Positions 1-13,150 of a stretch of 64,000 nt of DNA are shown piece by piece (the first letter of the stretch is position 1; each line of letters starts with the position of its first letter). Both the position numbers and the translations under genes were made by a program. The notes beneath the pieces are model-generated. The model was not told where the DNA came from, did no database searches, and worked only from the letters and a program-made list of their open reading frames with translations. The DNA is from Felis catus (taxonomy: Eukaryota): contig NC_058368.1 of the NCBI RefSeq assembly GCF_018350175.1, positions 221,528,001 to 221,592,000 of the forward strand, given 5' to 3'.

Positions 1-287
1 AGAGTGTTTATCTGGGTGGTTAAAAGAGAATGTAGATTACCCTGGGATTTACAGGCTGAAACCATGATGTAAACTTTAAATCTCTTTGTTCCTGGATTGT
101 TAGCCTCAAGATTGTTCTCCAGAGATTTGCAGTTGCCTCAGCAAGCAAGTAATACTTCAAAATCTCCACCTTTTTGTTTTCAAATCCACTGGGTTGTTGT
201 CTCTGGGAATCATTTTATTTCTTATTCATTAAAGAAGGTGATTTGAACTTTTACTTGCTTTCTCCCTTTAAGAAAGAAGGGGTAAAA

Positions 288-498
288 GGTGTGCCTGGGT
301 GGCTCAGTCCGTTAAGTGTCTGACTTTGGCTCAGGTCATGATCTCATGGTTCATGAGTTTGAACCCCTCATGGTGGGGGGGGGGGGGGCTAGGAGCTTGC
401 TTCAGATTCTGTGTTCCTCTCTCTTTCTGCCCCTCCCCTGCTCCCACTGTGTCTCTCTCTCTCAAAAATAAACAAACATTAAAAAGAAAAAAGCTTTT
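288..498 (+). mobile_element. Can-SINE (felid SINEC) with an internal G14 run
   Basis: tRNA-like head gcctgggtggctcagt, (CT)n, A-rich tail; imperfect TSD aagaaag(aa/ag)..ggtaaa at 270-286 and 499-515. Confidence 0.9.
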
Positions 499-661
499 AA
501 GAAAGAGAGGGTAAACAGTTTCCTAATATCCTGGATTTTTTTCTTACACGGGCCAGTATGAAGAAAGAAACTGATACAATGTGCCTTCAAGTATCCTGCT
601 GTTGTGCATACTAATCCACGTATGGAAACAGCAGCACCACTCTTTCCCCAAATTGAGCAAC

Positions 662-662
<1 letters not shown>

Positions 663-710
<48 letters not shown>
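663..710. repeat. (AC)n microsatellite
   Basis: Perfect dinucleotide run. Confidence 0.98.
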
Positions 711-712
<2 letters not shown>

Positions 713-906
713 TTAACTGCTTTATTTTTTGAAACAAATATCAGAATGTTCATGGTAACAGTTGTTATATATGTTTTTTTTTTTCTTTTTCTTTGATGGT
801 CACTATAGTAAGCAAACTGCTTCATAATCCAAGAAATCACCTTTATAGTTCTTTTCTTTAGACATCTAATCCCCTGTGACTATTTTCTATAATTAGACAT
901 GTTTTA

Positions 907-1121
907 AATCTTTTTTTTTAATGTTAATTTTTGAGATAGAGCGAGAGACAGCAAGTGAGTGGGGGAGGGGCACAGAGAGAGAGGAGACACAGAATCCGAA
1001 GCAGGCTCCAGGCTCTGAGCTGTCAGCAGAGAGCCCGACGCCGGACTCGAACCCATGAACCATAAGATCATGACCTCGTCCGAAGTTGGACGCTTAACCT
1101 ACTGAGCCACCCAGGCACCCC
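907..1121 (-). mobile_element. Can-SINE
   Basis: Full SINE; TSD ataattagacatgtttta at 889-906 and 1122-1139. Confidence 0.95.
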
Positions 1122-1876
1122 ATAATTAGACATGTTTTATAGATATAAACAATTATCTAAAACTCTAAAGCGTGATCAAAGGCAAAATAGGTTATGTGTT
1201 GAATAAAGACTAAAGATAAGTTTTTAATATCACTAGGAGATGATTATATAGAAAATGATATATTTTATATCATGTAGAAATAACATAGAGAGGAAGATTT
1301 AAATTATATACTATATCATTCAAACTTAAACCAGGAAAACAAAAAGGTGCTCACAATATGCAAAAGAGGGTATTCAATGCAGACAGTTGATAACAAGGGA
1401 CAGGGGAGCTGAGAAGCCAAATGGATGTAGTGAGAAACCTAACAAAAAGCTACTACTCCTGTGGCTCAAAGGGACAAAGAGAGTAGGGGATGTGCTATTT
1501 CTAAAGCTCTGGGGCCAGGTCACCCAGTGAGAGCTGGAACCAAGAGGCCTCTCCTTGGACACTGGAGCCAACTGCTGGAGATGCCATTTGACTCAGCATT
1601 GAAGGGGAAGAAATATCCGGGATTTTCCTTCTTGCTCTCAGGACACCCTCCAAATGCCTCTGTCTGAAGCCAGGCAGAGGAGCTAATTGACAGGGTCCTT
1701 GTAAATCATCCTGCAGTGCATCACCAAATAAGCCAAACAAAGAGAGCCAGAGCTAGGTTATGAATGACGCTGAGGCTAAGAACCGAAAAATATATTTACT
1801 GGACCTGGCACCATACCGTCTACCAGCTACTTTTGCCACTTTGTTTAACATGACAGTATGGTCTTTGTTTGTTCTT

Positions 1877-2099
1877 TTTTTAAAATATTTTTTAATGTTT
1901 ATTTATTGTTGAGAGAGAGAGAGAGAGAGAGAGAACGAGCAGGGGAGGGGCAGTGAGAGAGGAAGACACAGAATCCAGAGCAGGCTCCAGGCTCTAAGCT
2001 GTCAGCACAGAGCATGATGCCTGACTTGAACCCAGGTCATGTGAGATCATGACTTGAGCCGAGGTCGGACCCTTAACCAACTGAGCCACCAGGCGCCCC
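1877..2099 (-). mobile_element. Can-SINE
   Basis: Full SINE; TSD gtctttgttt(g/a)ttctt at 1861-1876 and 2101-2116. Confidence 0.95.
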
Positions 2100-3074
2100 A
2101 GTCTTTGTTTATTCTTGATCCAAAACAGTATCTTTCTCTCTCCCTTCTCCCTCTCCCTTCTCCCTCTCCTTCTCCCTCTCTTTCTTTCTCTTTCTTCCTT
2201 GCCCTACTGCTCTCCAAGCTTAATGGAAATGGGGGAAGGAAAACCAGAATTCAGAACTTTAAGATATTTTTTTTTTCCCTCACAAGTTTCTATATCCATA
2301 CACTCAGATAGTATCTGTTAATCTCTTGGTGAGTCAATTGATTCAGCTATTAAAGAAAATAGTATCATAGAAAAATAACCGCTTTAATTTTTTAAATCCA
2401 TAAAAATCCAGATTATAAATTTTTACCAAATTCTTCTTTGTTCAAAAATACTTTCTTCTAAGAAATGGTACACAAGTTAATCCAGGCTAACATACATAGG
2501 AAATTAAATTTAATAAAATGATAATACCTAAAAATCTAGAAATATCACATACTGTGAAATGTTAGCATTGGTTTCTCTGGTTAGTGAGATTATAAGAGTG
2601 ATTTATAGATTCACATGTTCTACTTTTTTTCTATGTTTCCAAAGTTTCTAAAATGAAAATGTATCATTTAATAGGGAAATAGAGGTAAAAACCATAACAA
2701 TAACATTAGAGCTTAGTATTTACATTTTTGTGTATGTATTCATGGTTTTATTGAAGTTTTCTTAAGATACAATATATAACACTTCATATAATAAGTATCG
2801 AGCAAAGGAGAGAGAGTGCTGAAAGCCAGTACTAAAAATCAAACAGCAATAAGTCGTGTATTTGTTCTTTTACACCAGGATCTTCTCACCTCAGGGAGAA
2901 ATATGTAAGAAAGGAAAAGCTAATGAAAGGTTATTAAAATAAGAATGACCCCTACATGGTCTCAGAGGACATTACAATAAAGAAACAAGAAAAAAAACCT
3001 GAGAGAATATGAAATTATTCTGTTTTGAGGTCTATTCTTCTTTGGTCATAATTTAATTTTAATATTAAAATAAC

Positions 3075-3300
3075 CACTAGTACCCTTTATTGAAAGCTCA
3101 GTATGCTAATCTCCTCCTGTGTATATTCTCTCATAACAACTATATGAGGTGAAAAGTTCTATTATAATGTTCCTTTAACAGAAATGGATGTTTAGAGAGA
3201 TTTGCTGATAGAGAGTAGAGACCATGTATGAAGTCACACAGCCAGAAAGCTATGGAGCAAGTAATCAAATCCAGGTTTTAACGTCAAAACTTTGCTTTGT
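3075..3300 (-). mobile_element. MIR (degenerate)
   Basis: ctcataacaactatatgaggt...gtcacacagc...caaatccagg resembles the reverse MIR core. Confidence 0.6.
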
Positions 3301-3705
3301 CCACTCAACTCTATGCTCCCTCGACACCATCGCTAGAAAACTTGGCAAATTATTTTGATGTATATTTTGATCAAGCTTTGCTGAGCTTGGAGATCTATAT
3401 CATCGTAGTATTTAAAGTTTTTCAGTGTAACCGGGAGTTGAGAGAAAAAAAAAAAGCACATGATACAATTAATCTAGATTATAAAATACTTACAGTAAAT
3501 TTAAGGGTAAGGTTTGGATAACTCTATACCTTTTTGTTTAAGTTCGCTTCTTTTAGGTTGGCTACTGATATAATCATCCAATTAGAAAATATGGCTGAGT
3601 CTATAGCTTCTTGTGTGTTGCAAAAGTAGTCATAACTGCTAAAATTAAGAGAAATATGCAAGTGTGTGTATCTACACATATGAATGTATCAAAAAGAACA
3701 GACCC

Positions 3706-3939
3706 GGGGCACCTGGGTGGCTCAGTCGGTTAAGCGTCTGACTTCGGCTCAGGTCATGATCTCTGCGTTCGTGAGTTCAAGTCCCGCGTCAGGCTCTGTG
3801 CTGATGGCTCAGAGCCTGGAGCCTGTTTCAGATTCTGTGTCTCCCTCTCTCTCTGACCCTCCCCCATTCATGCTCTGTCTCTCTCTGTTTCAAAAATAAA
3901 TAAACGTTAAAAAAAAATTAAAAAAAAAAAAAAAAAAAA
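3706..3939 (+). mobile_element. Can-SINE with long A tail
   Basis: Full SINE; perfect TSD aaaaagaacagaccc at 3691-3705 and 3940-3954. Confidence 0.97.
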
Positions 3940-5100
3940 AAAAAGAACAGACCCTTGTCCTGAGGGAAAATCCTCCTGGGCATATCAGAAATTCTCATAT
4001 AAGAGTATTTGTTAGGAAAAACAACACAAAGTACTTCAGATGAGTTGAAGTCTACTTTTTTATCCTTTTTTAAAGAATAAAAAACTTTAACCTAACGTAT
4101 ATTTAATTTTCTTTTCACATTACCTGAAAAAATAGCAGAGATGCTTAATTTACCTGATACTCTTGAATGATCTCTAAATACATTAATGCTTTATAATCTC
4201 ACAGAAAATGGCCTAAAGAAAAAAATAATAATAATATGAGCAACATTAAATTGTTTTACATCTCACAGTAACTTTAAAATTAAGTCTAGAATTGAAATCT
4301 ATGTAATCCTGTACTTAAATGTATGTTTACTTACACAAAGTCATTTATTCCAACCAGTTCTGTAACAATTATAGTCCTTATGTGTATATTTACACATTTG
4401 AAGTTTGAAATATATTTGATGGCTTTGTAGGAACTTTCTCTTTGTTTCTGATGGGCAGATATAAAGTTTCCAAAGGTAGGTCATCTTTCATCCCGTAAGA
4501 GCCCAAAGTGTCTCACTGACAGTACATAAACAAGATGCGTATTAACAAAAACGACTTTTGGGGTGGCGCAATTACAATGCAAAGTGTTGGAAAATATGAA
4601 GCATCTCTTGACCAAAATTGAAGACAGATGGTGAACAAGTATATTATATAAAAGTGCAACTGCACAGGGGATATTCGAGTGGGCAGAATGTGATTATGTA
4701 AATGAAAAATTCACTTGTAACCAAGAGTGCCAAATACATAGTGAAACTCAATTGAATTATTCAACAAAGTACAGAGAATGTTCCTGGATTTATGATCATA
4801 GCCTAAAGGGTTGATCTCTGGACAAATGGGAAGGCGGCTACATATGATCCATGTTCCTCTTACCTAACCTTTTTCTATTTCACTTAATGTAGCCTAAAGG
4901 GTGATTTTTAAAGGTATATCTCTCTTTTGTATAACTTCATTTGAATAGTGTTCTTATTTTGTCAGATCAGTAACTGTCATCTTAGAAACTAATTTGACAA
5001 TTCAAGGCACATTTAGATGTAGCCTGGATGTTACCTCCACAGGGGTATGACTTGAAAAGGGATCACAGGAAAAGGACCCTGAGCAACTACCACCACCCAC

Positions 5101-5960
5101 TATGATGCTGTGAATTTTAGGGAATGTATCTTTGCTCATCTAGATGACCAAAACTTTGTCCACAGTTCCTACAGCTCTCAAAACCCTTGGAATTTCTTTG
5201 TGATGGGAGCCATAAAGGGGACTCTTGTTATGCTAATGAGGTGATTTTTGGAATACACCCGAGGATGGGGGCTGGTTGCCAGGAGAACCAACCACTGGAG
5301 TAGAAGATTGAAATTCTCAGTCCTCCCTCACCCCACCGCACTCCCCAACCTCCAGGGAGGGGATTAGGGCTGGACACTGAATAGATTGCCAATGGCCAGT
5401 GGCTTAATCAATAATGCCTATGTAATGAAACGTTCATAAAAACCCAAAAGAAGAGGGCACTGAGAGCTTTCATGTTGGTTAACACGTGCAGATGTGGAAA
5501 GGAAGGTTTGCGTAGAGAGGGCACGGAAACTCTGAGCACCTTTCCACATACCTTGCCCTCTTCACCTCTTTCATCTGGCTCTTCCTGAATTATATCCTTT
5601 TGTAATAAACTGGTCATCTAGTAAGCAAGATGTTTCTTTGAGTTTGATGAGCTGCTCTTGCAAGTTAAACAGACCCAAGAAGGAGGTCGTTGGAAATTTT
5701 GATCTACAGCCAGTAGGTCAGAAGTACATGTGGTAACCTGGGCTAGTGACTGGTGTCCAAAGTGGGAGTGGAGGGTGGAGAATCTTGTAGGACTGAACCC
5801 TTAAGCTGTGGGATCTCATGCTGTCTGTGGGTAGATAGTGCCTGGATTGAGTTGAATTGTGGGACAGTCCGCTAATGTCCAAGAATTCCTTGGTTATGTG
5901 TGGATGAATCCTGTCCCTCACCGCCACCCCCACGTGCTTTGAAACTAGTCTCAGAGCCAT
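5101..5960 (+). mobile_element. MER21-like solo LTR (ancient eutherian)
   Basis: Recalled MER21 motifs: aaaacccttggaattt, caatggcc..ttaatcaat.atgcctatgtaatgaa, gtaggactgaacccttaa..tgtgggatct, ggtagatagtg. Confidence 0.8.
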
Positions 5961-6122
5961 ATCACCCAGCCATTTAAGAAAATAACAGGAATAGGATTTG
6001 AACATTTTGAGTTTCTCAAATCATATGCTATAGTTCAGTAGACATAGTTCAACTCTTCTGTGACTGTGATGAATCCGTGGTTGTATACCTTTGATAATCT
6101 GAGAAATCTCTTTTAACATCTT

Positions 6123-6336
6123 TTCTTTTTTAAGTTTATTTATTTATTTTGAGAGAGACAGAAAGAGCGGGCATGTGGGAGTTTAGAGAGAGAGAGGGAA
6201 AGAGAGAATCCCAAGCAGGCTCCAAGCTGCCAACCGTGGAGCCTGATGGAAGGCTCGGACCTACAAACCATGGGATCATGACCTGAGCTAAAACCAAGAG
6301 TCAGACACTTAACTGACTGAGCCACCCACATGCCCA
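6123..6336 (-). mobile_element. Can-SINE
   Basis: TSD tcttttaacatctt at 6109-6122 and 6337-6350. Confidence 0.95.
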
Positions 6337-6372
6337 TCTTTTAACATCTTGAATAAAGACAATATACTTGTT

Positions 6373-6837
6373 TGTGATGTCAGCACAGGCTCAAACATTA
6401 GGGTTCTGCGTGTCCATTCTTTTTTCTCTTGCTTACTGTTAAGAACTGTGTGAGATTTTAACCTGCTTTCAGGCTAAAAAGTCAGCCTGCCACAGTGTCA
6501 TGGATGCAGGGACTAGGCATGAGACTCATGAGTCAGGGACAGTTGATTGTGTTACTCACAGTGACAGCAGTAGCCATTGTATCAGGTTTTTTTGTGCCAT
6601 TTCCTGAACCTTGAATCTCATGAGGTGATGTGGAAAAGACCAAGTGACACCTGCACAGGCCGTGAGTTGAATTAGAAAACTGAATGCTTTATGATGGGCC
6701 ATTAAGCATGTTTGACTTTTGTTCTGGAGGGAGATATTATCTCTCTCTCCCAAGACTATAAATAGATACAACCATTGCGACAGGAAAATACCGCATGTTT
6801 ACCTTCCATCCTTTATTTTTGTTAATGTTTATTTATT

Positions 6838-6878
<41 letters not shown>

Positions 6879-7130
6879 ATGAGCAGGGGAGGGGCAGAGA
6901 CAGAGAGACAGAATCCCAAGCAGGCTCCGCACTGTCAGTACAGAGCCAGATGCGGGGCTCAAACTCATGAACTGTGACATCATGACCTGAGCTGAAATCA
7001 AGAGTTGGAGGCTTGATCGACTGAGCCCCCCGGTCACCCTTATCTTCCATTCTTTAAAAGATGATTCAGAAAGGCAACCAGTGCCTCATTTGCACGATGT
7101 GCAGAAACACAAGAGAGGCACGAAGAATTG
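6373..7130. mobile_element. Probable ancient LTR remnant (family not assigned), split by the SINE at 6816-7039
   Basis: LTR-like text such as cacagtgacagcagtagcc, gacacctgcaca and ggagatattatctc; recognised by impression only. Confidence 0.4.
6816..7039 (-). mobile_element. Can-SINE
   Basis: TSD tta(c/t)cttccat(c/t)cttta at 6799-6815 and 7040-7056. Confidence 0.95.
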
Positions 7131-7779
7131 TCTTCCTTAAAAATATCATAAACAGTAATATGAAGTATGATAATCACCACCTTCCACAGCACGGAGTATT
7201 TTTACACACACGTTAATGATGCTTCTTTTTATCAAGGATTTGTCTCAAAATATCCTGTTAATTGCTTGGTAAAATTTATAAACCTTGTTCAAACTTTACA
7301 TTTCACAGTCTAAAAATAATTCTCTCAAGTCAGCGATGTGTTTATACTTTTTAAATTAATATAGTACTAACATATAAAACTTTAATTTTCTTTAGGGAAT
7401 CACTGAAAAAAACATTATCAGTGCTCCAAAGCCCTTTGAAATTCATTATGAGCCTAATATTGCATAAAGAGAAGCCTTTTCCAACCTGTTCACCATTTGT
7501 CACCTGTGTTATCACTCAGGATGACATTTCTTGGACAATAAAATCTCTCCATCTCTAAGTGTTGGAGTTGCCCACATGATGAGTCTCTAGTTACTTTGTT
7601 CTCTCCGTCAGACCCTGGGTGTACAAAACTGAGTTAACCATGTGCTTCAGGTCCTGATTCACCAGCATCCTTACTTGATGCGGTACCTACCATTCTTCAT
7701 ATGATTTCCTGTCACCCCTCTTCCATGCCTCCACATGTGTAGAAAAAGTTATTCAAGAGTATGCGATGTGTGTCCTTAC

Positions 7780-8200
7780 CAGTCCCCTTTCCATACTTTG
7801 CCTTAGATATTGTCATAGAAATATTGGTGTCATTTTGATTGTTCTTGATTCTTACATTATTTTTCTTAATTTTTTCCCCATTTCATGTTTTCCACTCAGC
7901 ATTACGGTTGTGAGATTGAGCTATGATGCTGCATGTGAATCTAGTTCATTACTTCTGATTGCTTTATAGTATCTTATACCTGTAACACATTTTATATCTC
8001 TGCTGCTGTGGTGATGAACAGCGATGTGCCTACCTCCATTTATGAACAACATAGTGATAAAAATCTTCCTGTTTATATCCTTATGGACCTATGGGAAAAA
8101 CAAGTCATAGTTTATATACATTCACTAATTAAGACCAGTGTCCTTTACATCACCAACTGCTCCCTTTGTTCCATATCTTCTTCTTGCTAATGATTATGAA
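7780..8200 (-). mobile_element. Old L1 (L1M-type) fragment
   Basis: tttccactcagcattacggttgtgagatt...ctagttcatt resembles a reverse L1M 3' region. Confidence 0.55.
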
Positions 8201-8265
8201 TTTCTGGTGAATTATTATTATATATTAAGGTTTTTTAGGATAATTTTCCTTCATTTTACTGAGGT

Positions 8266-8487
8266 AACTTTTTCATTTTATTTATTTTGAGAGACAGAGA
8301 GAGAGAGAGAGACAGAGAGAGAGTACACAAGTGAGGAAGGGGCAAAGAGAGAGGGAGGGAGTGAATCCCAAGCAGGCTCTGCATTCAGCACAGAGCCTGA
8401 CACGGGGGTTGGTCTCACAACTGTGAGACCCCAACCTGAGCCGAAATCAAGAGTCTGATGCTTAACCGACTGAACACCTAGGCACCC
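8266..8487 (-). mobile_element. Can-SINE
   Basis: TSD tttactgaggt at 8255-8265 and 8488-8498. Confidence 0.93.
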
Positions 8488-8594
8488 TTTACTGAGGTTA
8501 TTAATCTTTCCATTTTGATATCACATAGAATTGAGGCTCTTTACTTTGAAAATAGCCCAGTGCCTATCAATATACTCAAATTTTTAAGCCTCTT

Positions 8595-8807
8595 TTTTTT
8601 TTCAACATTTATTTATTTTTTTGGGAGAGAGAGAGACAGAGCATGAACGGGGGAGGGGCAGAGAGAGAGGGAGACACAGAATCGGAAACAGGCTCCAGGC
8701 TCTGAGCCATCAGCCCAGAGCCCGACGCGGGGCTCGAACTCACGGACCGCGAGATCGTGACCTGGCTGAAGTCGGACGCTTAACCGACTGCGCCACCCAG
8801 GCGCCCC
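8595..8807 (-). mobile_element. Young felid Can-SINE
   Basis: CpGs intact; diagnostic tcggaaacagg, cctggctgaa, tgcgcc; TSD taagcctctt at 8585-8594 and 8808-8817. Confidence 0.97.
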
Positions 8808-9254
8808 TAAGCCTCTTAAGTAGATCTGTTTCAAAACGAGTAGAAATGTGGTGTTGCAGCATGTCCTAGAGGCTAGTTTTAACACACTTAATGCACTTAA
8901 ACTTGGCTCATCGCAGGCTGGGACTCAGTCCGACGGGCAGCGGAGAGAAAAGGAAAACGCCAGGACCACACACGACCACGTGCAGGGCAAATAAACAAGA
9001 GAAACTCTCATGATTTCCTCTCCTACCGTCTGAGTTTTGCCAAAAGTCTTGCCTATGAGACTTTAGCTCTCTCATTTCAGTATTTTTTTCTGTTAGAGCA
9101 TAGAGAGGTTCAAAAGCGATGCCTCTTGCACCATCCAGAGTTGGCGCCACTGTGCAGTGTGCCTGGAGCAGTAGGACAGCAAGAGATCTATAGAGGCACA
9201 AAGTTATCTACCAGGTACAGAGTATTTTTCAGTGCAAAGTGTAGAGGAATTCTT

Positions 9255-9480
9255 TTCTGGAACACAAAGAACTCAGATTTTTGGTTAACTCAGGCCAGTC
9301 GTGGTGTGGAGCCCCTAGGATAAGCAGGCTGAACCCCACTGTATCTTAATTTCCTCATTTGTTAACTATGGATACTTAAAAAAAGAAAAAGTATGGGTTT
9401 TGTAAGCATTAAATGACTAATCGCATAATGTTTTTCGAAGAGTGTCCAGAATATTGTCAAATGCAATAAACCTTAACTCT
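9255..9480 (+). mobile_element. MIR (degenerate)
   Basis: aatttcctcatttgt...gttttgtaagcattaaatga matches the MIR core. Confidence 0.6.
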
Positions 9481-9802
9481 TAGTATATTACAACATTATT
9501 ACCTGTGTTAGTTATTAAAAGATATTAGGACAGTTGGCATTCCAAAATGTAGCTAATTACCTACCTGATTCTATATTTTAAATTGGATTCCAAGAGAGTC
9601 GAAGATTTGCATAAGAAGGAAATGAGAATACTAGCTAGATGAAATATCAGAAAACAGACACCACACCCGGAATTCTTAATGGGAACAAAACAAATTCAAC
9701 CACGAAATGTGAAATTTCTGCTGTTATAATAATCCATAAACATTAAAACACACATTCCAACCTAGAAATAGTCATCTGACCAACATTATATAGGACCTGA
9801 AA

Positions 9803-9950
9803 AGCCTGGCGTTCAGCTCTGCCAGCTCCGAACCTGGAGCCTGCTTCTGATTCTGTGTCTCCCTCTCTCTCTGCCCCTCTCCCACTCGTTCTCTCGCTCT
9901 CTCTCTCTCTCTCCCTCTCTCTCTCAAAAATAAGTAAGCATTAAAAACTT
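9803..9950 (+). mobile_element. Can-SINE 3' half (head missing)
   Basis: ggagcctgcttctgattctgtgtctccc, (CT)n and tail present; no A/B-box head. Confidence 0.85.
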
Positions 9951-11988
9951 TATATATTTTTTTCATCTATGATTAGCTTAAAGGTCAAAATTCTAGAAAT
10001 AAGGATTTTAGAGGATAAGGAGCTATTGGTTCTCATATACTTTGGGCGGGAGTATAAATCAAAGTATTTACTTTGGAGGACAATTTGGCAATAAAGCTAA
10101 TGCTTGAAATACACACATTTGTGGACCTATCAGGACAGATGTTGCTTGCAAGGACCTTCAGGGTATACTCTCCTTCTAGGACAGCGCTGATAAAAATAAA
10201 CCTAACTTTAACTTCATTTTTTCCCTCTGTCCATCTCTCTCTCCTTCCTCGTTTAAATGGACTCCAAATTAAACAATATCCCTTTCCCAATAAATACTTT
10301 ACAAAGACTGGGTAACCTACAAAAATGAACATTCTCCAAACTTATACCCAGAACCGTTTATGATACTCCTTTCTTATGATCTAACTCAAACATCCACAAA
10401 GAAACTGGCAGTCGTTATTAAGCAGCCAAACTTTTAAAAAGTATTTTTTAATACATTTACAAAGATAACAAATACCTACTTTGTATGCTATACCTGGTAT
10501 AAGGTGGTGCTCTATCTGTTTACTTGCAGGTTTCTAGTATTGATTGATTAGCTTCTCGATCTATAAAGCTGTAGGTTTACCATTAAATTTTCTAATAATA
10601 TTCCATTGTGAGTTCACCTAGAGTGAGACTGTTTCTTTGTTTCATTTCAATGCATGCTACCCCTACAAATGCATTATTGATTTTTCTTCCAAACCATAAT
10701 GATGCAAAGTGCAGTAGCTTGACAAATTTACGTTTATTACCAAATACCTGGCTTCACAAGCGGGTGGGACTTCCTTTACTTACATGGTACCATTGTTTCG
10801 TATACTTTTATGTTGCATTTTGATAAACATTCAGTTTGAAATGTTATATGAAATTAATGGAAGCGATAACCTTCCAATTAAATAAGAAATGGAAATGCCT
10901 TTCTTTTTACTGCTTTCTCTACATAACCTTCAATTCAGAATCAGTGATTTTGAAAGCCTAGAATTGCCCAGATTTTTGAGCTGGAAAGCCATCTAGCTTC
11001 TGGATTTTATTAATTGTTTAATAAGCAATAAACTCTGAACTGCATAAGAAGCGATAAGGACTCTGCTGGCAGCAGAGAGGGAATCCGATGCAATTTATGA
11101 AATTAAAGAAAAGCGCAGCACCTGTCCAAGTCAATATTCATCTACGTGTTCACACCAGCAAATCGAGGGCAGTTCGTTTATCATTTGAGAGAATCTGTGC
11201 TGAGAGCAGCTGCCTAACTGCTAAGATCCCCCCGCCCTCATCATTCGGTTAGCAGAAAGAATGGAAACTACCTGCATCACACCCTAGAGTTCAGTGGTAA
11301 CGTATTTTTCACCTATTTTAAGAGCATGACAAGTCCTAAGAGAGAAAGAGACAGGGTGAAAGAAGAAAAAGAATAATAAAGAGAGAGAGAAAAAAGAAGA
11401 TAGATAGAAATGTTGTTAGATCTGCTGCCTTGAGACCGGATGCATCAAGATCCAAGCTCAGAAGCTGTCACGGAATTATGGCTACTGTTTGTCTTTCTCT
11501 GTCACCCATCTGCTGTCTCTAAGTGCAGAAAGTGAGAGCAGGCATCTGCTGAAATACCGTATTCATTAATCATGAGAGCGGGGAACATGCAGAAGTCACA
11601 CTAGGGACATTACTTCAGAGCCTCTAATGATGTAGGTCAGTGCGGATTAGTGTCTATTCCTCATGCTGGGATGTGGTGTGTTTTCTACTGTATGTTGAAG
11701 GGTATCTATCCTTTCAAAGCAATCAAGGGACATTATCTGAAAGCTCATATCTCAATTAGAAAGAATACACATTGGTTAGCGATGGACAAAGCTTTCTGGG
11801 CATCACAATGTCTTACTTAATACGTCTCTTGGTTCCATTTTTTTCCCCCACATATTTCATGTATTTGAAAGAGAATTAAGCACACGATGGTTTTATGGGT
11901 GCGGAAGGTCTGACATTCATACCCACTTATCAGGAATACATTCCTGCTGTACTTCTTAAAAGGTTCTGTTTAAAAGACCTTCAGATTT

Positions 11989-12206
11989 TAGAGGTCAGCC
12001 AGCAAGCTATGGCCAAATGTTGCTCACTGCCTGATTTTGTAAACATAATCCTATTGAAACACAGCCACACCCATTTGGTTCCATATTGTTGATAACTTCT
12101 CTTAGGCCACAGTGGCAGTTGGGTACTTATGATAGAGAACTTAAGGCCCACAAAGCCAAAAATCTTTCTTATCAGATGCTTTACAGAAAATATTTGCTAA
12201 TCCCTG
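11989..12206. mobile_element. MER58A-like hAT DNA transposon relic
   Basis: aacacagccacacccatt, ggcccacaaagcc.aaaat, tttacagaaaa...ccctg match the recalled MER58A consensus. Confidence 0.85.
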
Positions 12207-12452
12207 GATTATAGCATTAGTATAAATCTGTCTGATATACAGATCTCAGTTGCCTCATCTACATTTTATATAATTCCATCATTTGTATGGAATTTTTTGG
12301 AAATAATATTTTACTACTTCCTTAGATTTATGAGATAAAAAAAAAAAAAAACTGAACAACTGTTCTCCGCCCCCCCCCCCCCCAGGCTCCACCTTTTGAC
12401 CATTTCTCTTTTATTCTATTTACTTGAATTTTTTCTGTTTCCTTTGGTATTT

Positions 12453-12660
12453 TTTAAAGTTTATTTATTTATTTTTGAGAGAGAGCACGAGTCGGGGAGA
12501 GGGGCCAAAGAGAGAGGGAGAGAGGGAGAGAATCCCCAACAGGCCCCATACCGCCAGCACGGAGCCTGATATGTGGCTTGAACCAACAAAACTGTGAGAT
12601 CAAGACCTGAGCTTAAACCAAGAGTTGGACGCTTAACTGAGTGAGCCATCCAGTTGCCCC
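12453..12660 (-). mobile_element. Can-SINE
   Basis: Full SINE; decayed TSD tcc.tt.gtattt at 12440-12452 and 12661-12673. Confidence 0.92.
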
Positions 12661-13019
12661 TCCATTTGTATTTAATAATCTTTATAAAAGTGGAAAATCC
12701 TACTAGGCATATTTGAAGTCGAGATAGGTCTGACTTTTGTCCACAGGAACACTGGAAGCAATTACACCTTACATGTTCTAGGAAAATGAAATAGTCCATG
12801 TGGCATTATACATTTTCTAAAAAGGTCTTGATTAAGAAATTAAAAACGTTTGGAAGTCTGCAAATAAAAAAAATAATAAAAACAGTCATGTTCTACAATC
12901 TTGCAAGTCAATTATAAATTTCTTAGAATAATACATAAACATACAGCACATACACACAGAGTACATGATCAATGTTTTAAATATGGGAATTAAAATATTC
13001 AAGTAATTACATCAGCATC

Positions 13020-13150
13020 ATTTGTATTATCTCCCTAGGGAAGGGACCATATGGATAGAAAATTGTCAGTTTTGTTCAGTGATAGACTGCAAGTGTTTAA
13101 AATTGTGCCTAGATAAATATAAATGGCTGCTGAATAAATATTTGTATGCT
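13020..13150 (+). mobile_element. L2 3' end (degenerate)
   Basis: gttttgttcagtgat...tgtgcct...aataaatatttg resembles the L2 terminus. Confidence 0.5.

Noticed and set aside
10170..10190. REST/RE1-like GGACAGCGC (similar partial site near 37835)
   Set aside because: Only a half-site or wrongly spaced; the canonical TTCAGCACC half is missing.
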